From assembly GCA_964645485.1 (NCBI GenBank), contig CAZXZO010000003.1, positions 62,357-102,479 on the forward strand: a DNA stretch of 40,123 nucleotides. The letters are read 5' to 3'. Positions 26,906 to 35,241 of the stretch are shown piece after piece. Numbering within the stretch: position 1 is the first letter of the stretch; the number at the start of each line of letters is the position of its first letter. The stretch comes from an uncultured Candidatus Poseidoniales archaeon. Lineage in GTDB: Archaea; Thermoplasmatota; Poseidoniia; Poseidoniales; Thalassarchaeaceae. Under the pieces are notes generated by a model. The model was not told the origin of the DNA and ran no database searches. It saw only the letters and a program-made list of their open reading frames with translations. The position numbers and the translations under genes were made by a program.

Positions 26906-28240
26906 TCATAGAAGATTTGGATGTTCTTCAATATACTGAATAGTAATATCTCCAGCCAAATAATCGGGTTCATCCAAAATTGCTCTATGGAGTGGAATGA
27001 CAGTTTCAACTCCAATGAGCACAGTCTCACTCAGAGCTGTTTTCATTCCAGCGATTGCATCTTCTCTTGTAGGAGCCCATACAATCATCTTGGCTAATAG
27101 GGAATCAAAGCAGCCAGGCATATCGTAACCAATATGGGCGTGTGTGTCGACTCTCACCCCAAAGCCAGCAGGGAAATGGCAGTCCCAAAGGCGCCCTGGA
27201 GAAGGCACAAAATTCACAGGATCTTCAGCATTAATTCGACATTGTATTGCATGCCCTGAAATCTCAATTTCATCTTGTGTAAAGGGCAAAGATTCGCCTG
27301 CAGCAATACGAATTCCAAGGCCAACTAAGTCATGCCCAGTAATCATCTCGGTGACTGTGTGTTCAACTTGTACCCTCGGATTAACTTCCAAAAAATAGAA
27401 CTCGCCTCTTGAATCACGTAAGAACTCAAAAGTTGCCAATCCCTTGTAACCGACTGCTTCAGCACCGGCACAAACCCGGGCACCGATTTCCTCACGCACT
27501 TCGTCGGAAAGCCATGGACCCTCCTCGAGAAGTTTCTGATGTCTTCGTTGTATGGAACAGAATCGCTCGCCAAAATGAATCGCATTTTTCCCATCCGCAA
27601 GAACTTGAAATTCAATGTGTTGTGCTCCTTCAATATATTTCTCAATAAATACTCGCTCGTCACCAAAGGCAGAACGGGCTCGCGATTGACAGAGATTTAA
27701 GGCAGAATCAAATTCACTTTCATCGTGAACAACCTGCATCCCGATTCCACCCCCACCTGCAGCAGCCTTGATGATTACAGGGTAGCCGATATCCGTTGCT
27801 ATTGTTGCCGCTTCTGAGGAATTCGTGACGGGTTCACTACTGCCCTTAGCGACAGGTAGACCAGCCTCCTCCATAGCCTTTCTAGCCTCAATCTTATCGC
27901 CAAGCAATGAAATTACATCGGATGATGGACCAATGAATGTTAATCCTTCTTCTTCACATCGGCGAACAAAATCTGCATTCTCAGCCAAGAATCCATATCC
28001 TGGATGGATTGCTTGTGCACCAATCTCTTTTGCTGCCTCAATCACTTTTTCATAATCAAGATAGGAATCTAATGGATTAGCAGAATAATTTGGTACTGCA
28101 ATATCAGAGAATCGAACAGGCAAAGAAAGGCGGTCTTCGCGTCCATGAATGATTGCCACCTCACAACCCAAAGTGCGCAGTGCTCTAGAAATTCTGAGAG
28201 CAATTTCCCCGCGGTTGGCGATGAGCACTCTCTCAAACAT
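26906..28240 (-). CDS. Biotin carboxylase subunit (AccC/PycA/MCC-alpha family)
   Basis: VLIANRGEIA, IHPGYGFLAEN, KAAAGGGGIGM, CSIQRRHQKLLEE, FLEVNPRVQVEH. No biotinyl domain is fused. Confidence 0.93.
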   Translation of the reverse strand: MFERVLIANRGEIALRISRALRTLGCEVAIIHGREDRLSLPVRFSDIAVPNYSANPLDSYLDYEKVIEAAKEIGAQAIHPGYGFLAENADFVRRCEEEGLTFIGPSSDVISLLGDKIEARKAMEEAGLPVAKGSSEPVTNSSEAATIATDIGYPVIIKAAAGGGGIGMQVVHDESEFDSALNLCQSRARSAFGDERVFIEKYIEGAQHIEFQVLADGKNAIHFGERFCSIQRRHQKLLEEGPWLSDEVREEIGARVCAGAEAVGYKGLATFEFLRDSRGEFYFLEVNPRVQVEHTVTEMITGHDLVGLGIRIAAGESLPFTQDEIEISGHAIQCRINAEDPVNFVPSPGRLWDCHFPAGFGVRVDTHAHIGYDMPGCFDSLLAKMIVWAPTREDAIAGMKTALSETVLIGVETVIPLHRAILDEPDYLAGDITIQYIEEHPNLL

Positions 28241-28293
28241 GGAATGTCACGAGGGGACCGGGTTCAATAGAATGACTATTCCTAGATACCTAT

Positions 28294-29577
28294 TCAATAG
28301 ACATCTCTGAGGTAGCGCTTTTCTTCTTTCATCATTCGCTTTTCAACAAATTCCTTTGCATCATCAGCACTCATCCCACCATGTTCCTCACAGATGTTGA
28401 TGAGAGTTTTGTGAACGTCCTTTGCCATACGATTTTTGTCACCACAGACATAGAAGTATGCCCCCCCGTCAATCCATGACCAAATTTCTTCACCATTTTC
28501 AGCCATTAAATTCTGCACATAGGTTTTGGGGATTTCTGCCATCCTTGACCATGCAAGGTCTAGGCGTGTCAAATGACCATTGTCTAACCAGTCATTCAAT
28601 TCCTCGCCATACAGATATTCATGGGTCAGGGTTCTATCACCAAAGAATAACCAATTGCGGCCCTTAGATTTGTTGAATTCTCTTTGTTCTAGGAAAGCAC
28701 GGAAAGGTGCAATACCTGTTCCGGGTCCAACCATGATAATGTCTGTATCACCATCTTTAGGTAACACGAAACTACGGGTTGGGGACATAAACATTGGAAT
28801 TGATTTCTCATTAAGAGGGGCTGAGTCTGCCATGTAAACAGTGCACAATCCTCCACGGTCTCTACCATGATGATTGTACCTAACTATCGCAACTGTCAAT
28901 TCGACTTGACCCGGATGCGCATCAAGAGATGAAGCGATTGAGTAGAGCCGAGGTTTTAATCGGTCTAAATTTGAAACAAACTCTTGTGGAGTGAAAGATA
29001 GGTTTGGCATATCTCCTAACAGGTCAATATAATCGCGGCTCCATAGGTAATCTTCCATTGCATCTGCATCATTGACTAGTGACTCCCACAATATCAGGGC
29101 TGGGTCACTCATTGCACCAACTGGTGTGAAACCTTCTGGGAAATCTTGTTCTTCGCCAGACCAATCCCATGCAACACTGTTAGAATCACTAGTTGTCGAT
29201 GCTCTGCTTCGACCGACTAAACGGACTGAAATTTTGGGACTTGTTGATGAAAACTTCATTTCGAGCCCTTGGATGAACTTCTTGCACAGCCGGTGAATCT
29301 CGTAGTGGTTTGCTAATGCATCTCCTACATTTGTCTCACCAAGATGTGTCTCAACCATTTCTTCACCTGTGAAATTGAGAAGACCTAACAAATCTGAAAC
29401 TAATTCTGCTGGATTTTCAGGAATAATACCAAGAGCATCTCCTACTTTGTACTCCAAGCCAGAATCACCAAGGTCAAACACGATATGGCGAGTTTCTTTT
29501 GTCGAGTCTGGATGAGTAATTACTCTCTTCTCAACCATTTCTCCAAGGTAAGGATTTTTGCTGCTGAATTCACTCAT
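28294..29577 (-). CDS. FAD/NADPH-binding module of a CysJ/diflavin-reductase-type flavoprotein, lacking the flavodoxin domain
   Basis: RLYSIASS, GLCT, MVGPGTGIAPFRAF, FYVCGD and C-terminal RYLRDVY. Start set at ATG 29577 (GGAGA upstream). Confidence 0.85.
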   Translation of the reverse strand: MSEFSSKNPYLGEMVEKRVITHPDSTKETRHIVFDLGDSGLEYKVGDALGIIPENPAELVSDLLGLLNFTGEEMVETHLGETNVGDALANHYEIHRLCKKFIQGLEMKFSSTSPKISVRLVGRSRASTTSDSNSVAWDWSGEEQDFPEGFTPVGAMSDPALILWESLVNDADAMEDYLWSRDYIDLLGDMPNLSFTPQEFVSNLDRLKPRLYSIASSLDAHPGQVELTVAIVRYNHHGRDRGGLCTVYMADSAPLNEKSIPMFMSPTRSFVLPKDGDTDIIMVGPGTGIAPFRAFLEQREFNKSKGRNWLFFGDRTLTHEYLYGEELNDWLDNGHLTRLDLAWSRMAEIPKTYVQNLMAENGEEIWSWIDGGAYFYVCGDKNRMAKDVHKTLINICEEHGGMSADDAKEFVEKRMMKEEKRYLRDVY

Positions 29578-29731
29578 TGCGCCATCTCCAGATGTCACTC
29601 CGCCTACGGCGGGATGACTATCCGTCAAGACAGCCGTTTATCAAGCGCGTGGCAAGGAGTTTAGTTTTGAACAAATGAAATACGACGCGTATCTAAAGCA
29701 CTCATGCACTCTCCGACTGTGTGAGCGTAGC

Positions 29732-30508
29732 ATGGTTGAAGTCAGATTCCTAGGGAGTGGTAATGCCTTTTGTCCAGACGGCAGAATGCATTCACTGGTA
29801 TTAATTGATGAGAAAATTCTCATTGATACCCCACCTACAATACTTCCTCAATTAGGGCAAGCAGGACTAAGTCCTTCTGATATCAACACAATTCTGTTCA
29901 CCCATTGGCATGGCGACCACATCTTTGGATTTCCATTTTTTATTCTTGAACGCAAGTACATATCAGACCGCGAAGGACATAATATCCTAGATGTTCATCT
30001 GCATGCTGGTGGAGACGAGAGGTTGAAGGCGCTTTCGGAAATTGCCTTCCCCGGCTCTTTGGGTGATGTGCTCCAAAATCGTGTGCGATTCCACCATTCG
30101 AAAAAGGGACAAGTTACAGGAGCTGTAGATTGGGTGTTTGAGAGATTTCCGGTTAACCACGAACCAGCAACTGAACCACATGGCTACCAATTACAACACT
30201 CATCGGGACTAACAATAATCCATTGTGGTGATTCTGGCCCTTGTGAAGAAATTGCCAAAAGATCAGAGGGTGCTGACATCGTAATAATTGAAGTTGGAGT
30301 TCCCGATGGGGTGCCAACCGGTTTTCATTTCAAGCCGTCGAGTTTATCCGAATTAGCAAAGAAAAATCCTTCAACAACTTTCCTAGCAACTCATCTTTAT
30401 ACAACAAAAGATGAAACAATTTCTGATTTACCGGAGAATGTTATCCAAATTCAAGATGGAGATGCTTTTGATTGCGGAATTGGTGGAATTATTACAATTT
30501 CCAATTGA
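29732..30508 (+). CDS. MBL-fold metallo-hydrolase, RNase Z-like
   Basis: VRFLGSG, LIDTPP, THWHGDH (HxHxDH), HCGDSGPC and late THL motifs. Start set at ATG 29732. Confidence 0.8.
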   Translation: MVEVRFLGSGNAFCPDGRMHSLVLIDEKILIDTPPTILPQLGQAGLSPSDINTILFTHWHGDHIFGFPFFILERKYISDREGHNILDVHLHAGGDERLKALSEIAFPGSLGDVLQNRVRFHHSKKGQVTGAVDWVFERFPVNHEPATEPHGYQLQHSSGLTIIHCGDSGPCEEIAKRSEGADIVIIEVGVPDGVPTGFHFKPSSLSELAKKNPSTTFLATHLYTTKDETISDLPENVIQIQDGDAFDCGIGGIITISN

Positions 30509-30988
30509 ATTATTTTTTCTGCAATGATAGAATAATATTAATTTTAATACCATCGTTTTCTTGCTTTGTGAATATGACAGCAAATTATATCCGATTCAAT
30601 AATTTTGCATGTGCTGATTTTTGAATGAACACTTTTCAATCCGAAAAATGTTACAAAATATCGCTTGAAAAATTCACTTCTTTTGATTCTCTATTGTCAA
30701 CCATTCCATTTACCTATTCAGATGATGCATCACTTACGTGGTCCGGCGACAAAATAACTAAAACACGATACATGGGCTTTGAAATAGTTATTTTTTCGCT
30801 AATTCCAATTGGAGGTTAATATACTACAATTCTATTTGACTTATGAAAAAAAATAACCCCCTGTTCTCGATTCAGCAAGTAGCCTTATTAGACCGGCACG
30901 CCTCCTCATGAATCTCCGTAACAGTTGAGATGACCACTCACAGAACAAAGACGGAGAGATAAGAGCGGAATTGAGTTGGTGTTATAAA
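30509..30988. other. AT-rich intergenic region upstream of cdc6; candidate replication origin
   Basis: 30541-30840 is about 31% GC by my count. ORB-like TTCCAATTG(G/A)A elements at 30498-30509 and 30803-30815 flank the tract, which directly precedes orc1/cdc6. Confidence 0.4.
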
Positions 30989-32227
30989 ATGGGAGAAAAT
31001 ATTTTCAACCACTTACTCGGTAATGATAGCCTATTTAAGAACCGCGATGTACTTCACCATGGCTTCACCCCAGACAATCTTCCACATCGAGAAAATGAGG
31101 TTAAAACTTTGGTGCACAACCTAGTTGAAGCACTACATGGACAGATGCCCTCCAATATGATTTTGTACGGACAACCAGGATTGGGGAAAACTGCGGTGAC
31201 TCGGTATGTCTGCAAGCAATTATTGGATCGCGGAAAAGAAATCGGGCGCAAAATCCATTCTGTTGAAGTCAATTGCTGCTCAATTGATACCAAGTATAGG
31301 GTATTGGCTAAGTTAGCAAATGATTTGGCTCCTGACAATGAAAACCTTGTGCCTTTCACAGGTTGGCCAACCGACAAAGTTCTGCAACGACTTAGACAAA
31401 ATATGGAATCACAAGGTGGAGTTCACATATTCGTATTAGACGAAATTGACCACCTTGTAAAACGTCATGGCGATGACATTCTCTATCCTCTTACTAGCCT
31501 AAATTATGAATTAAGAAATTCAAAGTGCTGTGTAATCGGAATTACAAACGATCTGCAATTCACTGAGATGCTAGATGCTCGCATTGCCTCGCGACTTGGT
31601 TCGGAAGACTTGGCTTTCCCACCTTACAACTCCAGTCAGATTGGGGATATTCTTTCCGGGCGCGCGGCCGCAGGCGTACGCGAGGGCGTACTTGAGAATG
31701 GAGTTATCAAACTCTGCTCAGCCCTAGCAGCCCAAGAGCATGGAGACGCCCGGCGGGCTCTAGATTTACTTCGAGTTGCTATTCACAAAGCTGAAGTTAT
31801 GGGAGATGGATTCGTTTCAACAGAACATGTGCGGCTAGCACAAAACCAATTACAATTTGACCAAATGACTCCAGTGATTGCTAGCCTACCGTTCCATCAG
31901 AAATTAGTGCTTTACAGTATTCTGCTCAATGAGAGTAATGGACTTACAAACGTTTCAACCGGGGAAGTATTCTCTGTATACCAAATGACGTGCACAAACG
32001 CATCGGTAACGCCACTCGTTTCGCGCTCAATTGGAAATGTGATTAAGAATCTAGACAGCCTTGGATTAATTACGGCCAAAACAACCAGTTTGGGACGCTA
32101 TGGTAGAAGCAACCGAATCAATTCTTGTATACCTCAGAACATTAATCCGATAACAATCATGACAGAGGCTGATGAAGCGATGAAACCTGTGGTAAATAGC
32201 ACATACCGCCTCCAAGCAAGGCTTTGA
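30989..32227 (+). CDS. cdc6: Orc1/Cdc6 replication initiator
   Basis: Walker A GQPGLGKT, Walker B VLDEID, sensor-2 region GDARRALDLLR and a C-terminal wHTH (SLGRYGRS). Start set at ATG 30989. Confidence 0.95.
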   Translation: MGENIFNHLLGNDSLFKNRDVLHHGFTPDNLPHRENEVKTLVHNLVEALHGQMPSNMILYGQPGLGKTAVTRYVCKQLLDRGKEIGRKIHSVEVNCCSIDTKYRVLAKLANDLAPDNENLVPFTGWPTDKVLQRLRQNMESQGGVHIFVLDEIDHLVKRHGDDILYPLTSLNYELRNSKCCVIGITNDLQFTEMLDARIASRLGSEDLAFPPYNSSQIGDILSGRAAAGVREGVLENGVIKLCSALAAQEHGDARRALDLLRVAIHKAEVMGDGFVSTEHVRLAQNQLQFDQMTPVIASLPFHQKLVLYSILLNESNGLTNVSTGEVFSVYQMTCTNASVTPLVSRSIGNVIKNLDSLGLITAKTTSLGRYGRSNRINSCIPQNINPITIMTEADEAMKPVVNSTYRLQARL

Positions 32228-32292
32228 GCAACAATATCTGAGTAATTCTTCGCTAAGAATTGTTAAGAGAGGGGCGCCGGTCGGCCGCCTTG

Positions 32293-32883
32293 ATGAGCGA
32301 CGATAGTGACGACAGCGGGAATGAGTCTGTCAGCATGATTGTAGATTGGGTAAAATCTCCTGGCAAGGCCTTTTCATCTCTAGTCTTCGGATTAGGGGTT
32401 TGGGGACTTATCCTTGGAATTGTGAACGTGGTGTGCGGAGCAGTTGTTGCAGGTGAGCGAAAAATTGTGTGGGCAGGTTACCTAACCATGGGTTATCTTT
32501 GGGATGAACCTTACTCGGAAATGGTCTACCGACCCATGTCTGATACCGTATTCCTCGCTATTGCGATTGCTGGTATTGCTTGGGGCGCTTGGGGAATTCA
32601 CCAAAAAGTAGAGGGGGGATTCCAAACTTGGATTAAAGGGGTTTTATTCCACTCAATTTGGACTAGCCTAGTTTCAGGTAATGAAGAAGGTGGAATGACA
32701 ATGACCGCGGCTGCTTGGTGCTTACTGCTAGGATTCGGATTTTACGCATACTGGTCTATCGTTCATTGGGCATGGACTGATATTGGTGTTTATGCTGTAA
32801 CTGCTCCACTGCTTGCATTTGGATTTGGATTACGCTTCCTTGCATTGGTTGATGATAGTGATAGTTTGCTATCAGAAACTTGA
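32293..32883 (+). CDS. Hypothetical multi-pass membrane protein
   Basis: About four Trp/Gly-rich hydrophobic segments. Start set at ATG 32293. Confidence 0.7.
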   Translation: MSDDSDDSGNESVSMIVDWVKSPGKAFSSLVFGLGVWGLILGIVNVVCGAVVAGERKIVWAGYLTMGYLWDEPYSEMVYRPMSDTVFLAIAIAGIAWGAWGIHQKVEGGFQTWIKGVLFHSIWTSLVSGNEEGGMTMTAAAWCLLLGFGFYAYWSIVHWAWTDIGVYAVTAPLLAFGFGLRFLALVDDSDSLLSET

Positions 32884-32911
32884 TTGGTTGACACCTTTCT
32901 TGCAACTGAAC

Positions 32912-33847
32912 TTAATGCCCTTTTCTTCGAAGTAGGGCATCCACGAATCCTTCAAAAGTTCCCAGCCAAAGTGCTAGACTCCACATCAGATAATTGCGGA
33001 AAAGAAGAGTAGAGCCTAGAATTAATGCTATTGCAATCTCTGGTTCTAGGAATCTAGAAATTGTCACTGACAGAGCCAGATATGGGATTAATAGAAAAGC
33101 AATCAACATTCCATCTGTAGAGAAATCGTGCTTAACACCACGGTATTTCCTCATTATTCTTGTATGAGCGCGAGCATCTCTTCGCCGTTTTTGAAGAAAA
33201 ATCTTGAGACTGTTTTCTGCGACGTGGTCAACCACTGCTTCTGGCTCATAGCGAATTTCTCCTCCTGATTGAATTATTTTCATTGAAACTTCCATGTCCT
33301 CTGCGTGATACCAAGTGGGGTCAAAACCACCAAGAGAAATCAGATTCTCTCTCTTGAACATTGAACATGGCCCATTAGCCAAGGTAGCGTGACGAGCACG
33401 TGATGAGTATTTCCAAGCAATTGAACGTGAACGTAATCTGCTCACTGAAGTACTACCTGTATCAAAGATGACTCTCCCGGTTACAGCATCCACGCCTTCG
33501 CTTGATGTAAACATCCTCTCAATCCAATCCGGCCTAGGACGGCAATCAATGTCAGTTATTGCAACCCATTCTCCTTTTGCGACGTTGAGTGAGTTGTTGC
33601 GACCTGCAGATAACCCCAACGGTTCTTGAGAAATGACTTGGATTGGAATTTCTTCCAACGAGATTTCTGCTGGAGTTTGCCATTTTTGCAGCAACTCATT
33701 ACTTCCATCTGTTGAGCCATCATCAACTGCGATTATCTCTAACGGCCTATATGTTTGAGCACAAAGTGCTGCCATACAGTCATCAATCCACTGAACTGCG
33801 TTGCGAACGCAAACTGTAATGCTAATTAGCGGAGAAGACACTATCAC
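32912..33847 (-). CDS. Glycosyltransferase family 2
   Basis: ISITVCVRN, EIIAVDDGSTDGS, GLSAGRN, ITDID (DxD) and EDMEVS, plus a hydrophobic C-terminus. Confidence 0.9.
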   Translation of the reverse strand: MIVSSPLISITVCVRNAVQWIDDCMAALCAQTYRPLEIIAVDDGSTDGSNELLQKWQTPAEISLEEIPIQVISQEPLGLSAGRNNSLNVAKGEWVAITDIDCRPRPDWIERMFTSSEGVDAVTGRVIFDTGSTSVSRLRSRSIAWKYSSRARHATLANGPCSMFKRENLISLGGFDPTWYHAEDMEVSMKIIQSGGEIRYEPEAVVDHVAENSLKIFLQKRRRDARAHTRIMRKYRGVKHDFSTDGMLIAFLLIPYLALSVTISRFLEPEIAIALILGSTLLFRNYLMWSLALWLGTFEGFVDALLRRKGH

Positions 33848-34860
33848 AGCTCCTTGGTGAATACGTCAAGAAGCCTGCGACAATTCTGCTTTGTTTCTTG
33901 GCTAGTTATCCGGACAACCACGCCTTTTCCTGGTTGGCCATATATTACAGCGCAACCAATTGGAGCGAGTAAATGAACAATGATAGGTGCTAAATCCTCT
34001 TCCCCATTTACCACAATAAGTGTTGGTCGGCTATTCAAGAGTGCGACCTTTGTTGCTAGTTTTAGGTCAGCAGTGATAAGACTAGGGGGATTTGAACAAG
34101 TTGACAAGTGCGGAAATAATTCTCTATCAAGATTCTCTGCTTCCGCCCAAACCTCACGCTTTGTCATACCATCAATAAACGATATATCTGGAATTTTCCC
34201 CATATCAACTAATGTTTGAACCGTTACATCACCAACTGCAATTAATTTTGGAGTTAATTCTGAAATTGATTCAATTGCCTTACGCATGGCTATTTCCGGC
34301 CTTGATTCTGGTCCTTCATGTAGAGTTCCAAATGGCTGTTTTAATTCATCATCTAATACTGCAGGCATTCTTTGGTCGAGATATATCTCAGCCTCACCCA
34401 GCCAAGGCTGGCCTTGACTATCGATTTCACCATCTCTTATCCGACTGGAAGAAATTATTTTTCCATCTGGGCCTAAAACATGTTCAGCAACAATAATACT
34501 CAGTGGTGCTAAGTCTTCACTTATTCTCAAATTATTGATTCCCTCACATGCAGATTCAGTTTCAGGGGTACACCCTATCGAATCTGCCTCTACACTAGTC
34601 GATGCTGGTCCAACTTCATTCTCTAGTAGATGAATCGATATCCTTCCATCCAAACCGTTCAAGGTAGCCCAGTCCAAAATATCTTGTTTTCTAAATTCCC
34701 AATCTAGGACTATCGGGGTTTTTTGTTTGGCCATATTATCGCTTGTCAGCCATATCTGTAACTTGTCAGATTGTTGTAAACAAATAGAGATTAAATGCTG
34801 ATGACCGGCATGAAGCCGGTCGAATGTGCCACCCAATAAACACAGCGAGTGCCGTCCCAT
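33844..34860 (-). CDS. coaD: Bifunctional phosphopantetheine adenylyltransferase / GTP-dependent dephospho-CoA kinase (DUF359)
   Basis: N-terminal GGTFDRLHAGH (HxGH) and ISSSRIR; C-terminal AVGDVT, IDGMTKR, VNGEEDLA and YGQPGKG. Start set at ATG 34860. Confidence 0.85.
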   Translation of the reverse strand: MGRHSLCLLGGTFDRLHAGHQHLISICLQQSDKLQIWLTSDNMAKQKTPIVLDWEFRKQDILDWATLNGLDGRISIHLLENEVGPASTSVEADSIGCTPETESACEGINNLRISEDLAPLSIIVAEHVLGPDGKIISSSRIRDGEIDSQGQPWLGEAEIYLDQRMPAVLDDELKQPFGTLHEGPESRPEIAMRKAIESISELTPKLIAVGDVTVQTLVDMGKIPDISFIDGMTKREVWAEAENLDRELFPHLSTCSNPPSLITADLKLATKVALLNSRPTLIVVNGEEDLAPIIVHLLAPIGCAVIYGQPGKGVVVRITSQETKQNCRRLLDVFTKEL

Positions 34861-34920
34861 TAGAGCATCTGAGAGGTTGAACCTCAATCAATCCTACGGA
34901 AAAAGAAGAGCAGAAAGGTG

Positions 34921-35190
34921 TGCCCCGAGGAGTAACGAACCGCCTCATCGCTTTTGGCTCAGAGGTTCTGACCCACCCCGGGGCGTCTGTCGGACGAGTG
35001 GGTGGTTCCAGTAGTCATTCCGCGCACAGCAGTCGTATGGAGACCTTCTCGCCCTGCCGCCATTTTGCACCGAGGTTCATTCCCCGAAGGGTCACCACGG
35101 CCTTCGAAGGCGGCGATACCCCGTACTTGGTACCGCAGTTCATCCCTCGCCGGCGAAGGCCAAGGTCCGTGCGGTGTTGCAGCCGGGGCA
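34921..35190 (-). ncRNA. Unassigned GC-rich structured RNA, ~270 nt (possibly a divergent RNase P RNA)
   Basis: 171/270 = 63% GC in a low-40s% background. The ends pair (UGCCCCGG/UCGGGGCA), there is a cUUCGg tetraloop hairpin, and a U-rich tract follows the 3' end on the minus strand. No credible ORF. Confidence 0.7.
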
Positions 35191-35241
35191 AACTTTTGGG
35201 TAAATCCACCCCTTTTGAATCCTCTTATAGGTGAAAAATGG

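Noticed and set aside
30625-30819. 64-aa ORF upstream of cdc6
   Set aside because: It lies in the AT-rich tract with no motif or clear RBS, so it is likely spurious.
34921-35190. Assignment as SRP (7S) RNA, 5S rRNA, or a cobalamin or glycine riboswitch
   Set aside because: No helix-8 CAGG/GNRA/AGCA motif, wrong size and sequence for 5S, and only fragmentary out-of-order riboswitch-like words.
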